Assembly (NCBI GenBank): GCA_031423695.1 | Contig: JANPGB010000120.1 | Coordinates: 1-41,530 of the forward strand | DNA: 41,530 nucleotides | Direction of reading: 5' to 3' | DNA from: Verrucomicrobiota bacterium | Lineage (GTDB): Bacteria; Verrucomicrobiota; Verrucomicrobiia; Limisphaerales; CAIQOK01 | Shown here: positions 10,086 through 19,095 of the stretch, one piece after another | How positions within the stretch are numbered: position 1 is the stretch's first letter | Layout: every line of letters starts with the position of its first letter | Notes under the pieces: generated by a model | What the model was told of the DNA's origin: nothing | The model's input: the letters and a program-made list of their open reading frames with translations, nothing else | Databases searched by the model: none | Made by a program: the position numbers and the translations under genes

Positions 10086-11375
10086 CTAGTTCAAAGCCAC
10101 ACCGCGCCGGATGTACGTCGGCACATCCAGGTCCTCGCCCTTGTGGATCGTCGGCTCGCTCTGGTCGAACCGGCCCTTGGAAACAATCTCCAGCGGCAGG
10201 GTGCCCTGGCTCATCTTGGCGTGGGATTTTCGCGACCTGGATGCGCCCGGGTTCTTGCCGGCAAACATCTCGCGCGCGGCTTCCGGGGAGATTTCCGGCG
10301 GCGGCGGAATGATGCGCGATTGCGGACGCACGCTGGTTTCCTTTTCCAGCAGCGAATCGGACTCGCCCGCATCGTCGGTCGGAACTTTTTTGGAAGCCGC
10401 CGCCGCGCGTCGCGTCACCACCATTGTGATGGCCAGCCGCTCACGGAAACTTTCCTCAATCGCCGCGCCCATGATCACCTGCGCCTGCGGGCACTGGCCG
10501 TTGATCTGTTCCATGACCCGGTTCACCTCGGCCATCGTCAGATCCAGTCCACCCGTCACGCTCACCAGCACCGCCTCGGATTCGGAAAGGGCTTTTCCGC
10601 CGTCCAGCATCGGATGGGCGAACAATTGTTCCACCGCCTCCCGCGCGCGCGCCGGTCCCGTCGCCGAGGCGGTCGCGAAACAACTTTCCCCGTGCCGGTC
10701 TCGCAGCAACCCGCACAGGTCGGCAAAATGAATCTCAATCAGCCCCTTGCGCGCGAGCAGTTGCCAGACACTGTTGACCCCTTCGGCCAGCAGCCCGCCG
10801 GTGGCCTTGAACATCTCCACGACGCTCGTGTTCTCATCAATCAACTGGAACAATTTCTGGTTCGGCAGGCAGATCACGCCGTCGGCCTCGGCCTTGAGCT
10901 GTTCCAAGCCGCGCCGCGCCAGTTGCTGCCGGCGGTTGCCCTCGCACACGAACGGCAGCGTCACAAACGCCAGCACCAGCGCCCCCGCCTCCTTGGCCGC
11001 CCGCGCCAATACCGGACTGATGCCCGTGCCCGCGCCACCGCCCAGTCCAGCCACGATGAACACCGCCGTCGCGCCCGCGCAGGCCTCCTTGAGCGTCGGA
11101 AAAAACTCCGCCGCCGCCGCCCCGCCGCGCTCGGGATCGCCGCCGGTGCCCAGCCCGCGCAGCAATTTCGTCTCGACGGAAATTTTTTCTCCCACCGTCG
11201 AGCGCGCGAGCGATTCCGCGTCGGCGCTGATCGCCACCAGCGACGCGCCCGCCAGCGGGCTGCGCGCGATTTGCTCCAGCATCGCGATGCCGCCGCTGCC
11301 AACACCGAAAATCTTCACCGAGAGCGGACGCGTCGCGGCGGACGCGTCGCTTTCCAATTGCTGGTTCGTTTCCAT
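10086..11375 (-). CDS. ftsZ: Cell division protein FtsZ with divergent GTPase motifs
   Basis: GLGTGGDPE.G, AGLGGGAGTG, LPF.CEG.RR, C-terminal peptide EDLDVPTYIRR; follows ftsA. Confidence 0.95.
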   Translation of the reverse strand: METNQQLESDASAATRPLSVKIFGVGSGGIAMLEQIARSPLAGASLVAISADAESLARSTVGEKISVETKLLRGLGTGGDPERGGAAAAEFFPTLKEACAGATAVFIVAGLGGGAGTGISPVLARAAKEAGALVLAFVTLPFVCEGNRRQQLARRGLEQLKAEADGVICLPNQKLFQLIDENTSVVEMFKATGGLLAEGVNSVWQLLARKGLIEIHFADLCGLLRDRHGESCFATASATGPARAREAVEQLFAHPMLDGGKALSESEAVLVSVTGGLDLTMAEVNRVMEQINGQCPQAQVIMGAAIEESFRERLAITMVVTRRAAAASKKVPTDDAGESDSLLEKETSVRPQSRIIPPPPEISPEAAREMFAGKNPGASRSRKSHAKMSQGTLPLEIVSKGRFDQSEPTIHKGEDLDVPTYIRRGVALN

Positions 11376-11387
11376 AAAAGTGCTTTC

Positions 11388-12611
11388 TCAACCGCGACCG
11401 AGGATCTGTTTGATGGTGTTCCCGATGTCCCCCGCCAGCGATTTCCGCCCCGTCCGCTTGCGCTGCTGGTTGGACCCGACCTTCACCAGCCCGATGGCGG
11501 CGGCGAACTCCGGCTGATCCAGCGCGGACTTCAAACCGCTGACGGAATTCGTCTGCCCGATGCTTGCCGGCATCTGCAACACCCGCTCCGCCAGTTGCGC
11601 GATCTGCGGAATCCGCGCCCCGCCGCCGCAGAGAAAAATCCCGGCGCGCAGATAATCCAGCACACAGGCCTGCTCCAGGTCCTGCGCGATGAGCTGGAAA
11701 ATCTCCTCCAGCCGCAGCCCCATGATGCGGCGCAGATTTTCCACGCTCACCGTCTTCTGCGGCAGGCCGAACTCGTTGGGGATCGCGACGGTCGGGCCGG
11801 CGGCGGCCCGACTTGCCAGCGCAGAGCCGTGTTCGCATTTCAACTGCTCGGCCCGGCCCAGCGGAACTTTCAGTCCGTACGCCAGATCGTTGGAAACATG
11901 GTCACCGCCCACCGCCAACACGCCGATGTGCTTGATGACGCCCTTGGAATACACCACGTACTCCGTCGTGCCGCCGCCGATGTCGATCACCAGCGCGCCC
12001 AACTCCTTCTGCTCATTGGTGAGCAGCGCGAGCGACGCGGCGAGACCGTTGAAAACAATTTCGTCCACCTCCAACTGCAAGCCCTTGACCGCGCGCACGG
12101 AATTTTGGAGCCGGTTGAAATTCCCCTGGATCACATGCATGTCCACCTCCACGCGCGAGCCGAGCATCCCGACGGGATTGGGAATGCCGTCCTGGCCGTC
12201 CACCAAAAAATGCTGGCGGACCGCGTGAATGACGTGGTTCTCCGGCGAGCGGTTGATGGCCTTGGCGTTTTTCACCACGTCCTGCACGTCCTCCTCGGAA
12301 ATTTCCCGGTCGGCGGAGACAATCTGGTGTACGCCCCGGTTGTTGCAGCCGCGCACATGCGCGCCGGTCACGCCCAGATAGACGCTGCGGATTTCGACGT
12401 CGGCCATGTGCTCGGCCTCGACAATGGCGTTGCGCACGTCCTCCTCCGCCACCGGCGCGTCGCAGATTTCGCCCTTGCGCACGCCGCGCGAACGGGCCTG
12501 CCCTAGCCCGACGATGTTCAGTTCGCCCTCGGCGTTCATCTCGCCAACGACGGCGCACACTTTCGACGTGCCGATTTCCAGGCCGACGATCACATTCGAC
12601 GAATCAAACAT
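11388..12611 (-). CDS. ftsA: Cell division protein FtsA (alternative start 12626)
   Basis: GLEIGTSKV, DIGGGTT, GGGARI actin-like motifs; C-terminal amphipathic helix. Confidence 0.96.
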   Translation of the reverse strand: MFDSSNVIVGLEIGTSKVCAVVGEMNAEGELNIVGLGQARSRGVRKGEICDAPVAEEDVRNAIVEAEHMADVEIRSVYLGVTGAHVRGCNNRGVHQIVSADREISEEDVQDVVKNAKAINRSPENHVIHAVRQHFLVDGQDGIPNPVGMLGSRVEVDMHVIQGNFNRLQNSVRAVKGLQLEVDEIVFNGLAASLALLTNEQKELGALVIDIGGGTTEYVVYSKGVIKHIGVLAVGGDHVSNDLAYGLKVPLGRAEQLKCEHGSALASRAAAGPTVAIPNEFGLPQKTVSVENLRRIMGLRLEEIFQLIAQDLEQACVLDYLRAGIFLCGGGARIPQIAQLAERVLQMPASIGQTNSVSGLKSALDQPEFAAAIGLVKVGSNQQRKRTGRKSLAGDIGNTIKQILGRG

Positions 12612-12618
12612 TTTTCGA

Positions 12619-13581
12619 TTAAACATTTCTTCTCCTTGCTTTGGCAGGTTTGAGATTTTTGGGAACAACGGGCGCGGCCGTGCCGGCTTCGAGCAGACGC
12701 AGCGGCGTGTAATCGTTCACCGCCAGATCCAGCGTCGCTATGCCCTTGCGCTCCCGCAGGCATTCATCATAGATGCGCCGCCAGCGGGTGAGTTGCCGCT
12801 CGAAATCGTCCGCCGCAAACGTCACTTCACTCCCCTGCGCCGTGGTGACCACGAGCACCTGCGGCGCGCTGACGTCAATCCGCTTCAAATCCACCAGGCC
12901 CGCCATGGGCGACTGCTCGAATTTTTCAATCAGCTTCAAGGCGGACAGCGCCGGGGCGAAATCCAGCTTGCGACCCGTCTGCAACCCGGCGGTGTTGAGG
13001 CCGGCGATCACCGGGTATTGATCCTGCCCCTGCCCGAGCGGCACGGCGCGGTCGCGCGGGTCGAGCGGCTGCAACACAAACCCCTCCGCGTCCAGTTGAA
13101 AAATCTGCTGTTCGATCCCGCCGCCGTCGCGCGGATGCAACACGTTGACCTGGGCCACCGGTTCGCGCTCCGCCACCCGGAGCCGCAAGGTCCCCGGCAG
13201 GATGCGCTCGACTGACACGGCCCGAATCATCGGCACCATTTCCAAGTCATGCTTCACGCGCGCAAGATCCAGCGCGAGCAGGTTCTGCCCCGCCCGGACG
13301 CCGCTCCAGCGCCGCAATTGTTCGGGGGCAATCACCCCGTCGGTCTGCACCTCGATCAATTGGATGGCGAACGACTTGTTGTCGTACACCAGTTGGTTCA
13401 ACGTCCACTCGCCAAGCCGCCATAAAACAAAAAGTCCGAGCAAGGTTCCGCCGATCACGCCAAGCGAAACCACCGCCAGCCGCGTGCGCGCCGCGCGCAC
13501 CACCTTGGAACGCACCTTCACATCCAGCACGCTCTGCCGGTGCCACAACCGCCGGTTTTTATATTTACGTTGGAACCACAT
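12619..13581 (-). CDS. ftsQ: Cell division protein FtsQ/DivIB
   Basis: Single TM, POTRA domain (V.VERILPGTL.L.V.EREPVA), located between ddl and ftsA. Confidence 0.88.
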   Translation of the reverse strand: MWFQRKYKNRRLWHRQSVLDVKVRSKVVRAARTRLAVVSLGVIGGTLLGLFVLWRLGEWTLNQLVYDNKSFAIQLIEVQTDGVIAPEQLRRWSGVRAGQNLLALDLARVKHDLEMVPMIRAVSVERILPGTLRLRVAEREPVAQVNVLHPRDGGGIEQQIFQLDAEGFVLQPLDPRDRAVPLGQGQDQYPVIAGLNTAGLQTGRKLDFAPALSALKLIEKFEQSPMAGLVDLKRIDVSAPQVLVVTTAQGSEVTFAADDFERQLTRWRRIYDECLRERKGIATLDLAVNDYTPLRLLEAGTAAPVVPKNLKPAKARRRNV

Positions 13582-13644
13582 GACTCAATTAAAATTCAAA
13601 ATTGCTGCAGGAGATCGCATAAATTGGGCGTTCGTTTCGCATTT

Positions 13645-14568
13645 TTAATTTTTGACTTTAAATTTTTCATTCCGCCCCAGCGCCAGTTCGATCATCCGCT
13701 GGCAAAGCTGCTCGTAGCTGATCCCCGCCGCCGCCGCCGCTTTCGGCAGCAGGCTCGTCGGCGTCATGCCCGGCAGCGTGTTCACTTCCAGCACCACCGG
13801 CTCGCCGTTCGCCCGCACCATCACATCCACGCGCGAATAATCGCGGCCGCCCACCGCGCGAAACGCCCCCAGCGCTGCCGCCTGAATCCGCGCCGTCGTG
13901 GCGTCATCAAATTCCGCCGGACAAAAATATTCCGTGTTCCCGGGCGTGTACTTGTTGCGGTAATCGTAGCTGCCGGACTTGGGCCGCACCTCGACCACCG
14001 GCAACGCCGCCCCGTCCAAAATGCCCACCGTGGTTTCGCGCCCGACAATTTTTTCTTCAACCAAAAGTTCGGAGCCATGCCGGGAAGCTTCGCGCAGCGC
14101 ATCGCTCCACTCGGCGACGCGCTCGACAAATTGCAGCCCCACGCTCGAACCCTGCCGCACCGGCTTCACCACCAGCGGCGGCTGCCAGCCCATAGGCCAG
14201 GGCGTCTTCTCGGAATCCACCACTAGAAATTTTGCCGTCGGCACGTCGGTTTCAACGCAGCGCTGCTTGGTCAAAACCTTGTCGAACGCAATCCGACTCG
14301 CCTCGGCGTCGCAACCGGTGTAGGGCACACCCAGCTTTTCAAGCTGCTGCTGCACCGTGCCGTCCTCGCCATACGTTCCGTGCAACGCCAGAAAAACCGC
14401 GTCCGTCCCCGGCGGCAGCGTGAATGTGCCGTCCTGCGGATCCACTTCGGTCACCATATGGCCCAGCGACCGCAGCGCCGTCGCCACACCCGCGCCGCTG
14501 TTCAACGACACCTCGCGCTCGGCGCTCGGCCCGCCCAGCATCACCACGATGTTCAGTAGCTTTGACAT
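13645..14568 (-). CDS. ddl: D-alanine--D-alanine ligase
   Basis: GGPSAEREVSL, LHGTYGEDG, KPVRQGSSVG, YDYRNKY, LEVNTLPGMT all present. Confidence 0.97.
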   Translation of the reverse strand: MSKLLNIVVMLGGPSAEREVSLNSGAGVATALRSLGHMVTEVDPQDGTFTLPPGTDAVFLALHGTYGEDGTVQQQLEKLGVPYTGCDAEASRIAFDKVLTKQRCVETDVPTAKFLVVDSEKTPWPMGWQPPLVVKPVRQGSSVGLQFVERVAEWSDALREASRHGSELLVEEKIVGRETTVGILDGAALPVVEVRPKSGSYDYRNKYTPGNTEYFCPAEFDDATTARIQAAALGAFRAVGGRDYSRVDVMVRANGEPVVLEVNTLPGMTPTSLLPKAAAAAGISYEQLCQRMIELALGRNEKFKVKN

Positions 14569-14576
14569 GGTTGCCC

Positions 14577-15527
14577 TCAATCCTCGCCGATAATTTCCAC
14601 TTCCGTATGCAGGTCGATGCCGCGCTCTGCTTTCACCCGCTCCTTCAGAATCTCCATCAACGCAAGGACATCCCGCGCTGTCGCCGCGCCGTCGTTCACA
14701 ATAAAATTTCCGTGCTCCGCCGAAACCACCGCGCCGCCCACGCGCGTGCCCTTCAAGCCCAACTCATCGATCAACCGACCCGCCGAATGTCCCGCCGGAT
14801 TTTTGAACGCACAACCCGCGCTCGACATGGCAGGCTGCGACGCCCAGCGCTTCTTGCTGTAGTCGTTCATGCGCTGCTCGATGGCTTCGCGAGCATCTGG
14901 CCGGCCTTTGAGCACCGCGCCGAGGGCGATGTGGGTTTTACAAGTCGCGCAGCACCGATATTCCACTGCCATTTCCTGCGGTGTCAGTTCACGGACGTTG
15001 CCGTTGAAATCCATCAGTCGCGCCGACTCGACGATGTCGAATGTCGCGCCGCTCATCGCGCCCGCGTTCATCCGCAGCGCGCCGCCCACGCTGCCGGGGA
15101 TGCCTTCCAGAAATTCCAGCCCGGCCAATCCGTGGCGCTTCGCCTCAACGGAGACATGCTTCAACTTCGCGCCGGCTCCGCAGCGCAAGTGTTCCCCATT
15201 GATTGCAACCTGGCTGAACACTGCATGCGCAAGGCAGATCACCACGCCACGAAAACCGCCGTCCCTCACCACTAGATTGGAGCCGCGTCCCAGCACAAAG
15301 AATTTCAGGCCGCAGGTGCCGCAATATTTCAAAACCGCCGCCAGGTCCGCCTCTGAAGCCGGCTCCAGGTAAAGATCTGCCCGGCCGCCCACGCGGAGCG
15401 TCGTGCGCTTCGCCAGCGGTTCGTCACAACGGATCGCCGTCGCGCCCGAGACCAGGCCCGCCAGGGCTTCCGCGTGATTTTTGTCTGCGTGCATCGGCGC
15501 TTCTAAAATGGCGGGTGACGAAGTCAT
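14577..15527 (-). CDS. murB: UDP-N-acetylmuramate dehydrogenase (stand-alone, no MurC moiety)
   Basis: TTLRVGG, GRGSNL, GIPGSVGGALRMNAGA, SAGCAFKNP, HGNFIVN; 316 aa. Confidence 0.96.
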   Translation of the reverse strand: MTSSPAILEAPMHADKNHAEALAGLVSGATAIRCDEPLAKRTTLRVGGRADLYLEPASEADLAAVLKYCGTCGLKFFVLGRGSNLVVRDGGFRGVVICLAHAVFSQVAINGEHLRCGAGAKLKHVSVEAKRHGLAGLEFLEGIPGSVGGALRMNAGAMSGATFDIVESARLMDFNGNVRELTPQEMAVEYRCCATCKTHIALGAVLKGRPDAREAIEQRMNDYSKKRWASQPAMSSAGCAFKNPAGHSAGRLIDELGLKGTRVGGAVVSAEHGNFIVNDGAATARDVLALMEILKERVKAERGIDLHTEVEIIGED

Positions 15528-16717
15528 GCGCCAACGGGCCGCTCACCCGCAAACGGCGCACCGGTCTCCGAACCGGCTCGTTCCGGATCCCGCGCAGGTT
15601 GCCGCCAGTTCGGAAACCGGCGTTCCTCGGCCGCAACTGTCCGCAAAATGATTTCGGCAATTTCTTCCGCCGCCTTCGGGGCGTGCCACTTTGCCAGGGC
15701 GGCCTGCATTTCATCGCGGACGACTGCGTTTGAAATCAATTCCGCAACCATGTTCGCGAGCCGTTCCGGTGTCGCGTCTTTTTGTTCCAGCAACCGTGCC
15801 GCGCCGGTTTCCTCAAAGGCGCGGGCGTTGTAAAACTGATGGTTGTCCATCGCCGCCGGAAACGGCACCAGGACGGCCGGCACGCGCATGGCCGCGAGTT
15901 CCGCCAGCGAGGACGCGCCGGCCCGGCTGATGGCCACGGTGGCCGCACCAAGCGCGACCACCATTTCCGAAAAGAACGGATGCACCACCGCGCGCAGATT
16001 TTTTTCCGCGTAGGCCCGACGGACTCGCTCGGCGTCCGCGGCGCCGGTGAAATGCAGGAACTGCCAGTCGGTTTTCAACAGCGGCAGCGAGTTGACGAGG
16101 AGATTGTTGATGCCGGTCGCGCCCTGACTGCCGCCCACGGCCAGCAGAACGGGCCGCAGCGGATCCAGTCCGAGCGCGGCGCGGCACGCGGCGGCTGCGC
16201 GCGGCTGAAATTCGGGGCGGACGGGAGTGCCGGTCTGGCTGACATGACGGGCGTGGAGCCGTGCGGCGGCCTGCGCAAACCCGACGAACGCTTCCGGCAC
16301 GAAGCGCGACAGCCAGCGGTTGGCGCGGCCGGGGATGGTGTTCGACTCGTGCAGAAAAGTTTTTGCGCCCAGATGCTTCGCCGCGAGCACGGGCGGCGCG
16401 CTGGTAAACCCGCCCATGGCCAGCACGGCTTGCGGCCGGTGTTGTCGAAAATATTTCCGGGCCGCAAAATAAGAACGAATGAAGCCGCGCAGAAAGGCGA
16501 TTTTGTTTCCACCACTCAGACCCACGGCGGGCAGGGTGATGATTTCCATGCCGGAAACCTTTTGCGCGGCCTGCTGGTCCACGTCCTTGGGTGAGACCAG
16601 CAGCGTGACTGCGCAGCCGCGCCGGACGAGTTGTTCCGCCACGGCCAGGCCCGGGAAAAAATGGCCGCCCGTGCCGCCACAGGCGATGGCAATTCTCGTT
16701 GCGGTGTGCGGCGTCAT
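15524..16717 (-). CDS. murG: MurG lipid II GlcNAc transferase with repeat-derived C-terminal tail
   Basis: GGTGGH, HESN, GGSQGA, RAGASSLAE, HQ..NA. Confidence 0.96.
   Translation of the reverse strand: MTPHTATRIAIACGGTGGHFFPGLAVAEQLVRRGCAVTLLVSPKDVDQQAAQKVSGMEIITLPAVGLSGGNKIAFLRGFIRSYFAARKYFRQHRPQAVLAMGGFTSAPPVLAAKHLGAKTFLHESNTIPGRANRWLSRFVPEAFVGFAQAAARLHARHVSQTGTPVRPEFQPRAAAACRAALGLDPLRPVLLAVGGSQGATGINNLLVNSLPLLKTDWQFLHFTGAADAERVRRAYAEKNLRAVVHPFFSEMVVALGAATVAISRAGASSLAELAAMRVPAVLVPFPAAMDNHQFYNARAFEETGAARLLEQKDATPERLANMVAELISNAVVRDEMQAALAKWHAPKAAEEIAEIILRTVAAEERRFPNWRQPARDPERAGSETGAPFAGERPVGA
15555..15626. repeat. Inverted pair of REP-like palindromes inside the murG 3' end
   Basis: ggcgcaccggtctccgaaccggc (15555-15577) and inverted near-copy gccagttcggaaaccggcgttcc (15604-15626); read in frame as ERRFPNW..RAGSETGAP. 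Confidence 0.7.
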
Positions 16718-17859
16718 GCGTTTTGAGGTTCGGCGGAATCAAGACCGGCAGTCAGGCCGTTTTCCAGCGCACGGCCATTCCGCGCGACGTTGAGGAGCAG
16801 CCCGACACAGATGAGCATCGCGAGCAGGTTGGAGCCGCCGTAGCTGATGAACGGCAGCGGGAGCCCTTTGTTCGGCAGCGCGTTGGTGACGACCCCGATG
16901 TTGATCATGGCCTGGAGTCCGATGAGGAAGGTGAGGCCGGCCGCGAGCAACGTGCTGAAAGTGTCGCGCGCGTGGCTGGCAATGTAAACGCCGCAGCCGA
17001 GGATGGCGACAAAGGCTCCGCAGATCAGCAGCGTGGCGATCAGGCCCAATTCCTCTCCGATAATGGCGAGGATGAAATCCGTGTGATGCTCGGGAACCCA
17101 GCCGAGCTTTTGGCGGCCGTTGCCCAAACCCAGCCCGGTCCAACCCCCAGCCCCCAGCGCGAGCCGGGCCTGGTAGGCCTGCAACCCCTTGTCACGCCGC
17201 GTCTCTTCCAGGTGCAGCCACGAATAGACGCGTTCCGAGCGCATCGGGTTGTGATAGATGAAGGCGCTGATGGCGATGAGGCCCGCGATGACGGGCGGCA
17301 AAAAATATTTTAACTGGATGCCGGCGACGAGCAGCATCACGCAGCTCACCGAGGCGAGCAGCAGGGCGTTGCCCACGTCGGGCTCGATGAAGATCAGGCC
17401 GAGCGTCAGGCCGATGAACAAGCCGGGAAAAAGAATCCCGCGTTTCCAGGTGCGCATCTGCCGTTGAAAGTGCTCGCCGTACCACGCGAGCGCCAGAATG
17501 AGCGCGATCTTGGCGAACTCCGAGGGCTGCAGACTGACGCCATGGAAGCTGAACCAGCGGCTGGCTCCGTTGATGCGTTTGCCGATGTGCGGCACGACCA
17601 CGAGCGCCAGCAACACCAAAGTGAAGCCGAGCAGCGGCCAGGCGAATTTCTTGAGCAGCCGACGGTCGAGCAACGCGGCGGTCAGACACAACCCCAGGCC
17701 GAGGGCGCACCAGATCAACTGCATCACCAGGTAATGCGCGCCAATCTCACTGTGCGTGCGGCGGTCCCAGGATTCCATGCTCGAGCTGTAAAGCATCACC
17801 ATGCCCAGCGCGAGGAGGGCGGCGACACAAAACACCAGAACTGTAACGGCCACTTTCAT
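16714..17859 (-). CDS. ftsW: SEDS family peptidoglycan glycosyltransferase FtsW
   Basis: NGASRW, LQPSEFAK, EPD.G, PEHHTDFI..IIGEELG, PNKGLPLPFISYGGS. Confidence 0.96.
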   Translation of the reverse strand: MKVAVTVLVFCVAALLALGMVMLYSSSMESWDRRTHSEIGAHYLVMQLIWCALGLGLCLTAALLDRRLLKKFAWPLLGFTLVLLALVVVPHIGKRINGASRWFSFHGVSLQPSEFAKIALILALAWYGEHFQRQMRTWKRGILFPGLFIGLTLGLIFIEPDVGNALLLASVSCVMLLVAGIQLKYFLPPVIAGLIAISAFIYHNPMRSERVYSWLHLEETRRDKGLQAYQARLALGAGGWTGLGLGNGRQKLGWVPEHHTDFILAIIGEELGLIATLLICGAFVAILGCGVYIASHARDTFSTLLAAGLTFLIGLQAMINIGVVTNALPNKGLPLPFISYGGSNLLAMLICVGLLLNVARNGRALENGLTAGLDSAEPQNA

Positions 17860-17868
17860 GCGCAAACC

Positions 17869-17899
17869 CGGACGCCGGGCCGAGGGCGCCCGGCGTCCG
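17869..17899. repeat. Perfect 12-bp GC-rich hairpin between LysM gene and ftsW
   Basis: cggacgccgggc-cgagggc-gcccggcgtccg; no clear long U-tract. Confidence 0.75.
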
Positions 17900-17909
17900 C
17901 GACCAACAC

Positions 17910-18653
17910 TTACAAAGGTTTCGGAGTGGAGGTTGCCGGCGCGGGCGCGGTCGTTTCAGGAACCACCGGAGCCGTCACCGGGACGATTGTCTTGGCCGGA
18001 ATTTTCAACTTGTCCCCGACTTTGATCTTGTCGGTGGTGAGACTGTTGGCGGAGCGCAGCGCCTTGACGGACACGCCATAGTGCTTGGCGATGGTCGTCA
18101 GAGTATCACCGGACTTGACCTTGTGAATCTGCTCGCCGGTCGCGGCGGAATCTGCCGGGGCGCTGACGGAAGAACCTGCCGTCGGGGTGGCGGTCGCTGC
18201 CGGGAGATGAAGGGGCTGGCCGATTTTCAGTTTCTTAGGATCCACCCCGGGGTTGGCATCTTGCACCGACTTGGTGCTGACGCCATGATCCTTGGCGATT
18301 TTTTCAAAGGTGTCTCCTTTGACAACGACATACTCCTGGCTGGGCGCGACGACCGGCACCACGGGTTCCGGCGCCGGTGGAACGTAGGCGGTGACGTTGG
18401 TGCCCGGAGCGTTGGTGCTGACGGCTGAAACCAGGTTGGTGTCAAACGTCGGCATGGTCATCGTGTTGGTCTCGGCTGGCGGGACTTCCGGCTCGCTCGG
18501 TTTGCGGCAGCCAAAGCCGATGATCAGCAAAGCCATCAGCGCGATGAAATTGACGGCGAACACCAGCGTGACCGCCGTGCGCACGCGGACACGGCTTTGA
18601 TTTTTCTGCTCCACCGCGGGGCTTTCGGGATTCAATGGACTCGGATTATTCAT
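17910..18653 (-). CDS. Membrane-anchored double-LysM protein (alternative start 18716)
   Basis: TM segment ending GFGC; two LysM domains (YVVVKGDT..KIAK.HGVS..; HKVKSGDTL..IAKHYGVS..L..AN); Pro/Thr-rich linkers. Confidence 0.9.
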   Translation of the reverse strand: MNNPSPLNPESPAVEQKNQSRVRVRTAVTLVFAVNFIALMALLIIGFGCRKPSEPEVPPAETNTMTMPTFDTNLVSAVSTNAPGTNVTAYVPPAPEPVVPVVAPSQEYVVVKGDTFEKIAKDHGVSTKSVQDANPGVDPKKLKIGQPLHLPAATATPTAGSSVSAPADSAATGEQIHKVKSGDTLTTIAKHYGVSVKALRSANSLTTDKIKVGDKLKIPAKTIVPVTAPVVPETTAPAPATSTPKPL

Positions 18654-18838
18654 TTGATTCTGACGCGCAACGGCGTCCTTTCTGTGAGGTTGATTTAATT
18701 GGTTCGTTCGCTCCATGGTTTTCCCTCAAAAAACCACGAGGCGATAAATTGTTTTGTTACGGCGTTTTCGTTTCTGTTTTTGGACCGGTTCAAACCGCCA
18801 CCGCTTTCACCATGCATCTTGGGGCAGGCCGGCAGCCA

Positions 18839-19050
18839 ACCCCAACTAATTGATTTCACGCATCGGCAAATTTTTCCACCACGTTGCTGAAAGATTTGAA
18901 ATTGCTCAAAGCTTGAATCAACTGGTGAAAGCAAAAACGAACGCCGACCACCGCAGAATATTTCACTGCGACAGTTGTTTCTAACAACGAACGCGCGGCC
19001 GTGCAAGCGGTAAAACGACCGATTGCCGCGCTATTTTTTTTGGCGTCAAA
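18839..19050 (-). pseudogene. murD: Frameshifted 3' relic of murD
   Basis: Frame A KKNSAAIGRFTACTAARSLLETT..VVG, shift near 18940, frame B LLSPVDSSFEQFQIFQQRGGKICRCVKSISWG matches the MurD C-terminal LLSPACSSFDQF..Y..RG motif; sits in the canonical murD slot after mraY; AT-richer than neighbours. Confidence 0.8.
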
Positions 19051-19061
19051 TTCTTGCCTTG

Positions 19062-19085
19062 TCACGTTTCACCTTTCACGTTTCA
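19062..19085. repeat. 7-bp tandem repeat at the murD deletion junction
   Basis: tcacgtt-tcacctt-tcacgtt-tca. Confidence 0.6.
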
Positions 19086-19095
19086 GGATCGGGCC

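Noticed and set aside
9912-12506. 864-aa plus-strand ORF and other long antisense ORFs (21-1025, 1657-3303, 24418-25701, 34451-35899)
   Set aside because: Shadow frames opposite well-supported genes in GC-rich DNA; no recognisable motifs
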